In this document: one piece after another, positions 17,958-27,522 of the stretch | Layout of the letters: each line of letters starts with the position of its first letter | How positions within the stretch are numbered: the stretch's first letter is position 1 | From: Escherichia phage pEC-M719-6WT.2 | Length of the DNA: 64,000 bases | Sequence record: OQ845958.1 | Direction: 5' to 3' (one strand) | Notes under the pieces: generated by a model | Database searches by the model: none | Told to the model about the DNA's origin: nothing | The model's input: only the letters and a program-made list of their open reading frames with translations | Made by a program: the position numbers and the translations under genes

Positions 17958-18173
17958 ATGAATAAATTTCGTAATGCTGTTTCTGATATCCTGGCCAATA
18001 TTACATTTGTCCTGTTTATTGTGTGCCTTTTAATCCTGGTTATCCCATTTGGATTGCTGTTTGTGATGATTGGTGCCCTGAGTACTGAAAAGGGCCTCGA
18101 AGGGTCTGAGTTCGACAAACGAATCCAGGCTGTGCATAGTGTTATTGCTAAAATGATGAAGGTGAAAGAATGA
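17958..18173 (+). CDS. small membrane protein
   Basis: 71 aa from ATG 17958; one long hydrophobic helix. Confidence 0.4.
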   Translation: MNKFRNAVSDILANITFVLFIVCLLILVIPFGLLFVMIGALSTEKGLEGSEFDKRIQAVHSVIAKMMKVKE

Positions 18174-18469
18174 AACGTTTTGAAGAATATGTAGCTACTA
18201 ATTGGACCGCGTGGGACAAGTTCGGTGATGAATGGTACTTCCACGACTGTGACCTGGACCCGAAATTCTTTGCTGATAAAGAAGAAGACCTTAAAGATAT
18301 CTATGCTCTATCTGAGATTCATGGAATCAAACCGACGGTTTATTTCTCTTTCGATGACACAGGTTTCCTTATTCAGATTTATGTCCCGTATGCAACCGCC
18401 AGCGATGAAGAAGTTATTAAAACCTGGAACTACCAAGGAGTGATTTCCTGTGGGCCAAAACTCGACTAA
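18170..18469 (+). CDS. acidic hypothetical protein
   Basis: 99 aa. Confidence 0.45.
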   Translation: MKRFEEYVATNWTAWDKFGDEWYFHDCDLDPKFFADKEEDLKDIYALSEIHGIKPTVYFSFDDTGFLIQIYVPYATASDEEVIKTWNYQGVISCGPKLD

Positions 18470-18767
18470 GATTGAAATCTATGGTATCCCCGAAGAAGTC
18501 GGTCGATGCCCTGGTTGTATGCACGTCAGGGGCCTTCTGGGCTCCTTAAACCTTCCTTATACATTCTATTCAGTCCTTAACAAACAAGGCTCTGAAATCG
18601 CTTATGACAGGCCTTTAATCGTGTCTTTGGCTAAGCGTGGTGGATATCCTACTCTTAACATTCGTTACCCGGTGATTTTTGTCAATGATGAAAAAATGAC
18701 CAATATTCCTGCCTTTAAAACAAAACTGATATCCCTGGGGTACGACCAGGACTTAATTGAAGATTAA
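18450..18767 (+). CDS. nrdH: glutaredoxin-like protein (NrdH-like)
   Basis: 105 aa; apparent GTG start 8 nt after AAGGAG; CPGC redox motif near N-terminus. Confidence 0.55.
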   Translation: MGQNSTKIEIYGIPEEVGRCPGCMHVRGLLGSLNLPYTFYSVLNKQGSEIAYDRPLIVSLAKRGGYPTLNIRYPVIFVNDEKMTNIPAFKTKLISLGYDQDLIED

Positions 18768-18770
18768 AAA

Positions 18771-18804
18771 AGGGGTGTACAAGCCCCTTTGAACGGTGTA
18801 TCAT
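18771..18804 (+). promoter_or_regulatory. terminator-like hairpin with early promoter -35 in its loop
   Basis: AGGGG-TGTACAAG-CCCCT hairpin then TTT; GTGTACA (-35), 17 nt, TATCAT (-10), then conserved leader TATCCCATCAACTACTGA. Confidence 0.5.
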
Positions 18805-18835
18805 TATCCCATCAACTACTGATGAGGAAAACAAA

Positions 18836-19012
18836 ATGGTTATTGAAGATAAAGAAATTAAAGTCAACCAGTATTATTCAATCAACGGCAAAGCTGTTTT
18901 AGTAACTGAAATATCTAGCCTGGATGTGTGGTATACCATAATTGACCTTGGTATTAAAATGATTTGTGACCGTGGAGTGTTTTGTTCGATAGCTAAGGAA
19001 ATTAAATTATGA
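18836..19012 (+). CDS. small hypothetical protein (58 aa)
   Basis: hand-translated; follows conserved leader; ATGA overlap with next gene. Confidence 0.3.
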   Translation: MVIEDKEIKVNQYYSINGKAVLVTEISSLDVWYTIIDLGIKMICDRGVFCSIAKEIKL

Positions 19013-19263
19013 GCCTGAAATTACACTCAATGAAAAATATCATTACCCTTAATCTGGATGATGAGCGCCTAATTTTTCTCACCGTCACTGATAAGAATAT
19101 TGAAATTGCAAATGGTCCTAAGACTTATTGCTGCCCAGTGAAGAATTGGAAGCATGTAACCTTTTTGACCCTGTGCGACCGTCTGAAAGACCTTAAGTTG
19201 GATTTGGATGTCAAAGATATCCAGTACATTAAAAATCTTATTGGATACAAACTGTTGAGGTAA
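19009..19263 (+). CDS. hypothetical protein
   Basis: 84 aa. Confidence 0.45.
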   Translation: MSLKLHSMKNIITLNLDDERLIFLTVTDKNIEIANGPKTYCCPVKNWKHVTFLTLCDRLKDLKLDLDVKDIQYIKNLIGYKLLR

Positions 19264-19265
19264 CT

Positions 19266-19559
19266 ATGGGTAAAACTATCCGTCGTAAAGAATTGTCTTC
19301 TAAAGATTTTAATTGCATAGCTAGACGTAAAGCACCTGACGGTGTATCAGAAGAAACTTTGAATAAAAATATCTTCCGTTCGGACAAATGGAAACGTTTT
19401 TGTGGTGTTGATTCTGAAGTCAAGAATGAGATGAATCGTCAACTGCGCAAAGAAGTTCGTCAGTTGAAAAAAGATGTATACGTTGAGGATGATTTGGATT
19501 ATAATACTTCTCACCGTGTTGCAAAACGTAAATCAAACGAATGCTATCGTTACAGCTGA
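19266..19559 (+). CDS. hypothetical basic protein
   Basis: 97 aa, K/R-rich. Confidence 0.45.
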   Translation: MGKTIRRKELSSKDFNCIARRKAPDGVSEETLNKNIFRSDKWKRFCGVDSEVKNEMNRQLRKEVRQLKKDVYVEDDLDYNTSHRVAKRKSNECYRYS

Positions 19560-19566
19560 GGAAAAT

Positions 19567-19698
19567 ATGAATATCAAACGTATGCTTTTTAAACAAGGGT
19601 TATACACTTTAAATTCTGCTCCAAAAGGCGATACAACCAAGTGGTCAGTAAATGACTGGATTGAATTTATTGATGAAAACGGTAACTGGAAAATTTAA
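19567..19698 (+). CDS. small hypothetical protein (43 aa)
   Basis: internal ATG of track ORF 19474-19698, placed after stop of upstream gene with SD GAGGA. Confidence 0.3.
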   Translation: MNIKRMLFKQGLYTLNSAPKGDTTKWSVNDWIEFIDENGNWKI

Positions 19699-19896
19699 AT
19701 GAACCCTGAATCTAAATTATCACAACGAATTGCTGAAGCCCGTCGCCAGTTCTTTGAAAATATGATAGCTCAAGGCATTGATGACGAAGTTTTTCTGAAC
19801 TGGTTTTGGAATCACAAATATTCAAGTTGCTCAGGAGCAATATTGATATCAGCCGCAATGATGTATGAAGGCTGGAAAGCGGCTAAAGCGCAATAA
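19699..19896 (+). CDS. hypothetical protein
   Basis: 65 aa; TAAATG junction. Confidence 0.4.
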   Translation: MNPESKLSQRIAEARRQFFENMIAQGIDDEVFLNWFWNHKYSSCSGAILISAAMMYEGWKAAKAQ

Positions 19897-19904
19897 AAAT
19901 CAAC

Positions 19905-19926
19905 GGGGTCATGGTATAATGACCCC
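19905..19926 (+). promoter_or_regulatory. promoter -10 embedded in palindrome GGGGTCA...TGACCCC
   Basis: GGGGTCA tgg TATAAT GACCCC; same palindrome type as at 48758-48779 and 59968-59989. Confidence 0.4.
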
Positions 19927-19968
19927 AGGATAATAAAATTTTAATTTAATGAGACTGAGGAATATATC

Positions 19969-20295
19969 ATGACTGCATCTATCACTAACATCATCGCTAA
20001 TTTCGCATTTGCTAAAGTTAACACTCTGATGAAATCTGGTTTTGTTACCCCTGAGATTCTGGACCAGTGGGAAGGCGATGTACAGAAACTGATTATTGCA
20101 GAAGGTCAGACAATGGGTAAAGCGCGTATTCGTGAAAGCCTTGTCCAGTATATCCTGAATGAATTTGATGTAGCAGCGTTTGGTCTGCCGCTTCTGCGCG
20201 AAAACAAAGAAGTTTCTGATAAAGCTATCAAGCGTATGAAGTCCCAGCGCAAGAAAGGTTTTGTTGACCTGAAAATTGTTAAGGGTGCAAAATGA
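19969..20295 (+). CDS. hypothetical protein
   Basis: 108 aa. Confidence 0.45.
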   Translation: MTASITNIIANFAFAKVNTLMKSGFVTPEILDQWEGDVQKLIIAEGQTMGKARIRESLVQYILNEFDVAAFGLPLLRENKEVSDKAIKRMKSQRKKGFVDLKIVKGAK

Positions 20296-20555
20296 TGTGC
20301 CCTGCTATTGAATTACCTGAAGGTGTTGCGGTAATAGTATCTTACAAACATACGTATGCTAATGGAATTCGCCGAGCTCATAAAATTAGTCACGGTTACT
20401 ATTTACAAAGGACTTTAAATTATTTCATTTCAATGGGATATGAATTCAGAATCTATCCTATGTGTACTAAAACCAAGTACACTAAAATCGATGCTTGGGA
20501 AGCTTGGGCGGAAGGCATGACATTAGACGAATTCCTGGACTACTTAAATGATTAA
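20292..20555 (+). CDS. hypothetical protein
   Basis: 87 aa. Confidence 0.4.
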   Translation: MMCPAIELPEGVAVIVSYKHTYANGIRRAHKISHGYYLQRTLNYFISMGYEFRIYPMCTKTKYTKIDAWEAWAEGMTLDEFLDYLND

Positions 20556-20814
20556 AATAAAACTCTCTAATTACGATAAAAACCTGGAAATGATTACTAT
20601 GAAAGAAGAACTCCTGAATGATGTACGTCTGGCGGGTTATGCAGTTCAATTTAATGATGTTGGTGTTCTCCAGATTGAAGGTGACCACTTTATTATTGAA
20701 TATGAATTCCATCAGTATTGGTTGTATGCCAAAGATGAAGTAGGTGGGATTGATTATGTTGACCAGTTTGATAAGCTTGACGATGTTTTAGAAGCTGCTC
20801 AGATGGTGTACTGA
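20548..20814 (+). CDS. acidic hypothetical protein
   Basis: 88 aa. Confidence 0.4.
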   Translation: MIKIKLSNYDKNLEMITMKEELLNDVRLAGYAVQFNDVGVLQIEGDHFIIEYEFHQYWLYAKDEVGGIDYVDQFDKLDDVLEAAQMVY

Positions 20815-21080
20815 TGCACATCAATCATACAATGATATCCGTCCAGGACCTGGGAACGTTTTGGGTGGATGAATTTATGAAAATAACATTCTTCCCGCAC
20901 GCAGAAGGGTATGGCTCTTGGGAGTCCCATATTAGTATGCTGAATGAAGGGCAATACCGCAACAAACATGACCGCCTGATGGAATTCATTAGCGATGCCG
21001 AGGTTATCCCTTATATTGACATTCATGAATTTAAGGCAATTATGGAGAAGGTCTTTCAGGCTTACTGTTTACTTCGCTAA
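20814..21080 (+). CDS. hypothetical protein
   Basis: 88 aa. Confidence 0.4.
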   Translation: MHINHTMISVQDLGTFWVDEFMKITFFPHAEGYGSWESHISMLNEGQYRNKHDRLMEFISDAEVIPYIDIHEFKAIMEKVFQAYCLLR

Positions 21081-21105
21081 TGCTTTGTATTAAGGATGAT
21101 ATAAT
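21079..21105 (+). promoter_or_regulatory. possible MotA-box middle promoter upstream of gene 55
   Basis: AATGCTTTG (MotA-box-like), 12 nt, TGaTATAAT extended -10. Confidence 0.35.
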
Positions 21106-21128
21106 ATTCATATACTAAGCGAGGCGAT

Positions 21129-21686
21129 ATGAACGAAATTAAATTAACCAAGAATAACTATGTAAATAATAAAGAGCTTCTGAAAGCTATTTCGGAGTGG
21201 AAACAGAAGCTGAATGCGAACACCGACCCGAATAAAATTATTCGCCAGAACGATGTTATTGGTCTGGCAATTATGCTTATAGCCGAAGGTCTTAGCAAAC
21301 GTTTCAACTTCTCCGGATATACCCAATCCTGGAAGCAAGAAATGATTGCAGACGGAATTGAGGCCGCAATAAAAGGTCTTCATAACTTCGACGAAACAAA
21401 ATACGATAATCCACATGCTTACATAACAATGGCTTGCTTCAATGCTTTCGTTCAGCGTATCAAAAAAGAACGTAAAGAAATGGCAAAGAAATATAGCTAC
21501 TTCGTTCATAACGTGTATGATTCACGTGACGACGATATGGTGGCTCTGGCTGATGAAACATTTATCCAGGACATCTATGACAAAATGACACAGTACGAAT
21601 CCTCTTTAGTTAAAGCGCCAGGGTCTGATAAGAGCGCCAAAGATAAAGAAGGTGATTTGGATTTTTTATATGGAACATCAATTTGA
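21129..21686 (+). CDS. 55: late-transcription sigma factor gp55
   Basis: 185 aa (same as T4 gp55); long stretches matching remembered T4 gp55 ([35 protein letters not shown]). Confidence 0.92.
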   Translation: MNEIKLTKNNYVNNKELLKAISEWKQKLNANTDPNKIIRQNDVIGLAIMLIAEGLSKRFNFSGYTQSWKQEMIADGIEAAIKGLHNFDETKYDNPHAYITMACFNAFVQRIKKERKEMAKKYSYFVHNVYDSRDDDMVALADETFIQDIYDKMTQYESSLVKAPGSDKSAKDKEGDLDFLYGTSI

Positions 21687-21903
21687 TATTACCGATTTTT
21701 TAGATAAAATCGAGGAAGACTTTACTGCGCTCCCATATTTCATTAAACTTTATCTGCGAGACATAAAAGGTCTTCCAATTGATATCGACCCTTTAAACGT
21801 CCGGAATCTGGAATTTACTTCGCCGGATAATAACGTTGATTACCGTTATCATGTGGATAATGCTAATCTATATTTTACAATTGAGTTAACTCCCAAGGAT
21901 TAA
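21670..21903 (+). CDS. hypothetical protein
   Basis: 77 aa from ATG 21670; overlaps 55 stop. Confidence 0.35.
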   Translation: MEHQFDITDFLDKIEEDFTALPYFIKLYLRDIKGLPIDIDPLNVRNLEFTSPDNNVDYRYHVDNANLYFTIELTPKD

Positions 21904-21904
21904 T

Positions 21905-22216
21905 ATGCAAGCTCCAGATATTTCTCAACTGACCGATAAGCAGATTGAAGAAGCACAGGAACGTCTCGAAGAAGCGAACGCGCTCGAAGCACAGAGTCAA
22001 GCGGCAAAGATTCTGAAAAAGAATGCTCGTGAAATTGCACGACTGAATAAGCATGCTCAAGGGGCAGTGCTGGAAAACAATTTTGAAGCATACAAATATG
22101 CTTTAGTTAAACTGCGTGGAATTTACCGCCAACCAGTTACGGAAGACCTGATTAAGTTGATGTGGGAAACTACTCGCAAACAAATTTGGGAAATCGTAAA
22201 TGGCATTAGTAAATAA
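21905..22216 (+). CDS. hypothetical coiled-coil protein
   Basis: 103 aa. Confidence 0.45.
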   Translation: MQAPDISQLTDKQIEEAQERLEEANALEAQSQAAKILKKNAREIARLNKHAQGAVLENNFEAYKYALVKLRGIYRQPVTEDLIKLMWETTRKQIWEIVNGISK

Positions 22217-22400
22217 ACCTTTTAAACGGCTTCTTGTTGGAGCCGCTTTCAGACTTCGCTCATATGGTAATATCTGTATCAAGCAGACTGAAACCGAATA
22301 TAAAATGGTTGGGCAGTATTCCGATGAAATTTTTCGGATTGAGCCTGTAGCCAAGGTTTGGGTGGATTCACATCAACTTAAGAAGTGGTGGCAACGATGA
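22200..22400 (+). CDS. hypothetical protein
   Basis: 66 aa. Confidence 0.35.
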   Translation: MALVNKPFKRLLVGAAFRLRSYGNICIKQTETEYKMVGQYSDEIFRIEPVAKVWVDSHQLKKWWQR

Positions 22401-22555
22401 TAACATGGACTGCTGGTTAATGAATGACGAATACGAAAAAGTTTAAGAGGTGTATTATGACTATTGATGATGTAGATATTCTTACTTCCGACGAATTAAA
22501 ACGATTGGGTAATATATTTCAAGACGAACATCCTGATTTTTAAGAGGTCATATGA

Positions 22556-22729
22556 ATGACGAATTCGACGGATTTTGATAAGATTAAATCTGATAAAAAT
22601 GAGATGATACTTCAATTTGAAGCCGCTCGTATTAAAGCAGAAAATGAAGGTACTATTAAATATAAGCCTATCAAGTTCAGGTCTTCTCATGAACCTCTGT
22701 ATGGTGTATTAATTGGAAAGGAAGCCTAG
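22556..22729 (+). CDS. small hypothetical protein (57 aa)
   Basis: hand-translated from ATG 22556; SD AAGAGG upstream; followed by terminator. Confidence 0.3.
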   Translation: MTNSTDFDKIKSDKNEMILQFEAARIKAENEGTIKYKPIKFRSSHEPLYGVLIGKEA

Positions 22730-22743
22730 TGCTTCCTTTTTTG
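22717..22743 (+). terminator. rho-independent terminator
   Basis: AAGGAAGC-CTAGT-GCTTCCTT hairpin followed by T-run. Confidence 0.55.
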
Positions 22744-22786
22744 CTTTATATTCGGGATGATAAAATGAACCAACTGAGGAGAGTAT

Positions 22787-22930
22787 ATGGTATTATTTTT
22801 AGGATATGTCGTGTTATTCATGGCATTCTACACATTCACACGAGCTTGTTGGATAGGATTCTTTTCTACTCCCGACGGGTTCATTTCAATAATTTTATTT
22901 TGCACTGCGATAACGGCGCTTGGCTTATGA
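22787..22930 (+). CDS. small hydrophobic protein (47 aa)
   Basis: hand-translated; SD GAGGAG; stop overlaps gene 47 ATG (ATGA). Confidence 0.3.
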   Translation: MVLFLGYVVLFMAFYTFTRACWIGFFSTPDGFISIILFCTAITALGL

Positions 22931-23946
22931 AAATTTTAAATTTAGGCGATTGGCACTTGGGTGTCAAAGCTGACGACCCATGGGCTCAAAACATTCAACG
23001 TGATGGTATTTTACAGGCGATTGCATATTCCAAAGCGAATGGAATTAAAGTCTGGATTCAATATGGTGATATTTTTGACGTCCGTAAGGCCGTAACGCAT
23101 AAGACAATGGAATTCAGCCGCGAGATTATGGAACTCCTTCGTGAAGCAGGAATTACTATGCACACGATAGTCGGGAACCATGACATGAATCTGAAGAATA
23201 AGATTCATCCTAATGCTATCACTGAACTCCTGAATAAGTATGACCATGTTAAAATCTACGACAAGCCAACGACTGTTGATTTTGACGGTTGTCAGATTGA
23301 TATGATTCCATGGATGTGTGACGAGAACGCGACTGACATTCATCAACACATCAAAACTTCTGGTGCCGAATATTGCATCGGTCACTGGGAATTAACCGGG
23401 TTTTATTTCTATAAAGGATTGAAATCCCATGGGCTTGAGCCCGATTTCCTTAAGAAGTACAAGCAAGTTTGGTCTGGGCACTTCCATACCATTTCGGAAG
23501 CTGCGAACGTTAAGTACATAGGGACACCATGGACATTAACAGCAGGTGATGAGAATGACCCGCGCGGATTCTGGGAATTTGATACAGAAACCGAAGAGAT
23601 GAAATTTATTCCGAATGAAACCACCTGGCATCGGAAGATTTTTTATCCAAACGAAACTATTAACTACGACGACTTCAAAGACTTATCAGTCCGTGTTATT
23701 GTAGAAAAAGTCGATAAAGACCTGACCAAGTTCGAATCTGAATTAGAAAAGCGTGTACATGAATTGCGTGTTGTCAATAAGGTTGATAACAGTGTTGATA
23801 CGACTGACTCCGAAGAAGAGTTAGACATAAAACGCTTAACTGATATGATGGCAGAATATATTGATGCATTACCTGACACCAATGAGAAAGAATCAAAAGC
23901 TCTTAAAGCATTGGCCAACAAATTATATCTTGAGGTGCAACCGTGA
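22927..23946 (+). CDS. 47: recombination endonuclease subunit gp47 (Mre11-like)
   Basis: 339 aa from internal ATG of track ORF 22729-23946 (same length as T4 gp47); phosphoesterase motifs LGDWHLG and GNHD. Confidence 0.9.
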   Translation: MKILNLGDWHLGVKADDPWAQNIQRDGILQAIAYSKANGIKVWIQYGDIFDVRKAVTHKTMEFSREIMELLREAGITMHTIVGNHDMNLKNKIHPNAITELLNKYDHVKIYDKPTTVDFDGCQIDMIPWMCDENATDIHQHIKTSGAEYCIGHWELTGFYFYKGLKSHGLEPDFLKKYKQVWSGHFHTISEAANVKYIGTPWTLTAGDENDPRGFWEFDTETEEMKFIPNETTWHRKIFYPNETINYDDFKDLSVRVIVEKVDKDLTKFESELEKRVHELRVVNKVDNSVDTTDSEEELDIKRLTDMMAEYIDALPDTNEKESKALKALANKLYLEVQP

Positions 23947-24206
23947 AACTTTATGATTTTAATGAAGCGGGTCTTGAACATATCCGCGAATGTGATGTGG
24001 TCGACGACGATAATCAACCGAATACTATTAAGTATTGGTTTGAAGCTATCACTGACCGGGAAACCGGTCAACTTATCAAAGTCTATGTAGTCACCGATTG
24101 GGCCGTGGAATTTAGCTTTAATGTAATGGTAGATGATACTCCAGAAACATTAATTCATATGGCTGAATCATGCATCAAGGATGCTTATAATGATGAAAAT
24201 GTATAA
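23943..24206 (+). CDS. hypothetical protein
   Basis: 87 aa; GTG start overlapping gene 47 stop, SD GAGGTG. Confidence 0.4.
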   Translation: MKLYDFNEAGLEHIRECDVVDDDNQPNTIKYWFEAITDRETGQLIKVYVVTDWAVEFSFNVMVDDTPETLIHMAESCIKDAYNDENV

Positions 24207-24405
24207 ACATGATTTTCATATTGGCGATGGCTGGTTCGGTAATGTAGAATGGGACGTGGATGGTTCTTGGTATACCGGAACTATGTATGTCACTTCTGAA
24301 TATTCTGAAGGTGTTTCATGGGCCATGGAACTTGACGACGTGTTTGCTTCTTCCGAAGAAATGCTAGAATATGCTGAACAAACAATTCGTGAGAACAATA
24401 CATGA
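24190..24405 (+). CDS. acidic hypothetical protein
   Basis: 71 aa from ATG 24190 (alternative ATG at 24181). Confidence 0.4.
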   Translation: MMKMYKHDFHIGDGWFGNVEWDVDGSWYTGTMYVTSEYSEGVSWAMELDDVFASSEEMLEYAEQTIRENNT

Positions 24406-26084
24406 AAACGTTTAAGCTAAAGAAAGTCATCTACAAAAATATTATGTCGGTTGGTGCTCAACCGATTACTGTTGAACTGGATAAAGTCCAAAAAACTCTG
24501 GTCACCGGCAAGAATGGTGCGGGTAAATCTACGTTCCTTGAAGCGGTTACCTTTGCTATGTTCGGTAAGCCTTTCCGTGATGTAAAGAAAGGCCAGTTGA
24601 TTAACTCGAGCAACAAAAAAGATATGCTCGTTGAATTGTGGATGGAATATGATGGAAAAGAATACTATATCAAACGCGGGCAAAAACCCAATGTTTTTGA
24701 AATCTCTTGTGGCGGTAAACGTCTTGATGAATCTGCCAGCAGTAAAGACTTCCAAGCGGAATTTGAACAGCTTATCGGAATGTCATACGCCAGTTTCAAA
24801 CAAATTGTCGTACTCGGCACAGCTGGATATACCCCTTTTATGGGCCTATCCACTCCTGCCAGAAGAAAGCTTGTCGAAGACCTTTTAGAGGTTTCTGTAC
24901 TGGCCGATATGGATAAGCTGAACAAATCTCTTATCCGCGAAGTCAATAGCCAAATCCAGGTAATGGATGTGCAGCATGATGGTATCGTTCAACAGATTAA
25001 AATCTATCAGGACAACGAAGACCGTCAAAGAAAATTGTCAGGTGATAATCTGTTGCGACTGCAAACGATGTATGATGAACTTGCTACAGAAGCACGTGGA
25101 ATCAAGGCAACTATCGAAGAAGCAACAACAAGACTGACCGAGATAATTTTGGGAGAAGACCCCGAGCACGAACTCACAAAGTTAAAGCAGGAATCATTCC
25201 TGATTAAATCGAAGATTGACGATTACCGAAAGGTTGTTGGTCTGTACGAGAAGGGCGGTTGTTGTCAGACTTGTGCCAGTCAGTTACATCCAGGAGACCC
25301 TATTGTCGCCAGGATTGAGTCAAAGATTGAAGAATGTAATGCATCAGCTGATAAGCATAAAGCTCGCCAGAATGCTGTTCAAGAGCAATTTGATGCGTAT
25401 ACCAAGGCAAGACAAAACCAGCGTACAATAGCTCAAGACATTCAAACTAAGAAACAAACCTTAGTCCAGACTGTCGAAAAAGCTAAAAAGGTTAAAGCAT
25501 TAATTGAGCAGGCCAAGTCAGAATTCATTGACCACGCAGCAGACATTAAAATGCTTCAAGACCAGCTTGATAAAATAGTCAAACAGAAATCTGACCTTGT
25601 GATGGAAAAATATCAACGTGGTATCCTAACGGATATGTTGAAAGATTCTGGTATCAAGGGCGCGATTATTAAGAAATATATTCCCATCTTTAATAAGCAG
25701 ATAAACGCTTATCTTAAAGTTATGGAAGCTGATTATAGCTTTACGTTAGATGAAGAGTTCAACGAAACGATTAAATCTCGTGGGCGTGAAGACTTTAGCT
25801 ATGCATCATTTAGCCAGGGTGAAAAAGCTCGTATAGATATTGCATTGCTGTTTACATGGCGCGATATTGCGGCAAAAGTATCTGGTGTTAATATTAACAC
25901 ATTGATTCTGGATGAAGTTTTTGACTCGGCCACAGATGTAGAGGGTGTTAAAGCAATTGCTACCATCCTGAACAAATTGGAAGACACCAACATCTTTATC
26001 ATCAGTCACCGAGACCATGACCCGGAAGCATACGGACAACATCTCCAGATGAAAAAAGTTGGTCGATTCACTGTTATGGAATAA
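24402..26084 (+). CDS. 46: recombination endonuclease subunit gp46 (Rad50-like ATPase)
   Basis: 560 aa (same as T4 gp46); Walker A GKNGAGKST, long coiled-coil middle with CxxC hook, signature and D-loop motifs. Confidence 0.92.
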   Translation: MKTFKLKKVIYKNIMSVGAQPITVELDKVQKTLVTGKNGAGKSTFLEAVTFAMFGKPFRDVKKGQLINSSNKKDMLVELWMEYDGKEYYIKRGQKPNVFEISCGGKRLDESASSKDFQAEFEQLIGMSYASFKQIVVLGTAGYTPFMGLSTPARRKLVEDLLEVSVLADMDKLNKSLIREVNSQIQVMDVQHDGIVQQIKIYQDNEDRQRKLSGDNLLRLQTMYDELATEARGIKATIEEATTRLTEIILGEDPEHELTKLKQESFLIKSKIDDYRKVVGLYEKGGCCQTCASQLHPGDPIVARIESKIEECNASADKHKARQNAVQEQFDAYTKARQNQRTIAQDIQTKKQTLVQTVEKAKKVKALIEQAKSEFIDHAADIKMLQDQLDKIVKQKSDLVMEKYQRGILTDMLKDSGIKGAIIKKYIPIFNKQINAYLKVMEADYSFTLDEEFNETIKSRGREDFSYASFSQGEKARIDIALLFTWRDIAAKVSGVNINTLILDEVFDSATDVEGVKAIATILNKLEDTNIFIISHRDHDPEAYGQHLQMKKVGRFTVME

Positions 26085-26109
26085 TGTTTTAAAACAAGGA
26101 TGTTATAAT
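26085..26109 (+). promoter_or_regulatory. possible promoter (extended -10 TGtTATAAT)
   Basis: AAGGATGTTATAAT box shared with promoters at 9181 and 21092. Confidence 0.3.
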
Positions 26110-26119
26110 AGAGGCTATT

Positions 26120-26311
26120 ATGGCTGACTTCTTAACCGGGCAGCATTTATTGGCTGTCCCTGAAATTAAACGGTATGTGTTAGTTAATACCTTTTCGAAA
26201 GATGAACACCTTGTCACTGAACGTGACTTGCAAAACGCTTTCGGTGAAGAATATGTTAAAATAATCGCGAACAGACACAATGCCTGGTTCGCATATGAAT
26301 ACTTTGATTAA
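26120..26311 (+). CDS. hypothetical protein
   Basis: 63 aa. Confidence 0.4.
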   Translation: MADFLTGQHLLAVPEIKRYVLVNTFSKDEHLVTERDLQNAFGEEYVKIIANRHNAWFAYEYFD

Positions 26312-26335
26312 TTGATAATGAATAGAGAGAATATT

Positions 26336-26743
26336 ATGAACAACGTAACTGCTAAAGATATCCAAGTTAAAACCATCCGCACCGACGCTAACCCGCATAA
26401 CCAAAACCGTGTTCGTAAATCCTGGGTTCTGGCCTGTGATGAAGCATCTGCTACCCGTCTGCAGTCTCTGCCGCAAGAAATTAAATTTATGCTGTATGGT
26501 GTGATTGATACTGATGTATCTGATAAGTGGATTGAACTGATGCGTAATCACTATAACGATTCACTGGCTGCTGGTGCTAAACTGGTTATCGACCGTGACG
26601 GTTCCGAACGTCTTGAAGATGATTATTGCGTTAACTCTGATGACCATCTGGTGCAAGCTGGTTCTATTATTGCTGCACAACTTCCAGAGTATATTGAATC
26701 TCTTCCGGAAGCTATCCGCAAACAAATGGCAGTTGTTGCTTAA
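26336..26743 (+). CDS. rpbA: RNA polymerase binding protein RpbA-like
   Basis: 135 aa; position between 46 and 45 as T4 rpbA; alternative start ATG 26318. Confidence 0.6.
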   Translation: MNNVTAKDIQVKTIRTDANPHNQNRVRKSWVLACDEASATRLQSLPQEIKFMLYGVIDTDVSDKWIELMRNHYNDSLAAGAKLVIDRDGSERLEDDYCVNSDDHLVQAGSIIAAQLPEYIESLPEAIRKQMAVVA

Positions 26744-26770
26744 TTTTTGATTTGAATAAAAGGTAATTAA

Positions 26771-27466
26771 ATGAAATTCTCTAAAGACACTATCGCAGTT
26801 CTGAAAAACTTCACTTCCATTTACTCTGGCATTATGCTTAAGCCAGGTAATACCATCCTGACTCGTTCCGTAACTGGAGCGTCATATGGCGAAGCCGAAA
26901 TCAATGATACAATTGACTTTGAAGCTGCAATTTATGACCTAAACGGCTTCTTAAGTATCCTGGGCCTGGTAACTGACCAAGCTGAAGTATCTCTGGCTGA
27001 AGATGCATCAAACATCATTATCAAAGACCAACGTTCAACGATTCACTGGCCTGCTGCAGACCCGAGCACTATCGTGTTCCCTGCTAAGAAGATTCCTTTC
27101 CCGGTAGCTAAGGTTATTTTCGACCTGAAAGGTAGTGACCTGCAACAGCTTCTGCGTGTGGCTGGTGGTTTGTCTCTGGATACTTTTGCAATCACCAACA
27201 AAGACGGTAAGATTGTTATCCATGGTTATAATCAGCTCGAAGATAAAGAGTTAGCGCGTCCATTGTATTCCCTGGTGTGTGGCGATTACGAAGGTGATGC
27301 AGCGTTTAAATTTATCATTAACAAACTGAACATGAAAATGATTCCGGCTGATTATCGTGTTATGCTTTGGGCAAAAGATGATAAATTTGCTACGAAGTTT
27401 GAAGGCACACAAGCAAGCTATGTGATTGCAATGGAACAAGGCTCTAGCCACGAATTCCAAGATTAA
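26771..27466 (+). CDS. 45: sliding clamp gp45
   Basis: 231 aa; N-terminus MKFSKDTIAVLKNFTSIYSGIMLK close to remembered T4 gp45. Confidence 0.92.
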   Translation: MKFSKDTIAVLKNFTSIYSGIMLKPGNTILTRSVTGASYGEAEINDTIDFEAAIYDLNGFLSILGLVTDQAEVSLAEDASNIIIKDQRSTIHWPAADPSTIVFPAKKIPFPVAKVIFDLKGSDLQQLLRVAGGLSLDTFAITNKDGKIVIHGYNQLEDKELARPLYSLVCGDYEGDAAFKFIINKLNMKMIPADYRVMLWAKDDKFATKFEGTQASYVIAMEQGSSHEFQD

Positions 27467-27470
27467 TAAA

Positions 27471-27486
27471 TGGGGCTTCGGCCCCA
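27471..27486 (+). other. RNA hairpin (UUCG tetraloop) without T-tract
   Basis: TGGGGC-TTCG-GCCCCA immediately after gene 45 stop. Confidence 0.4.
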
Positions 27487-27522
27487 TGGAGTACAAAGTA
27501 GAAACTAATATGAGGAAAATAT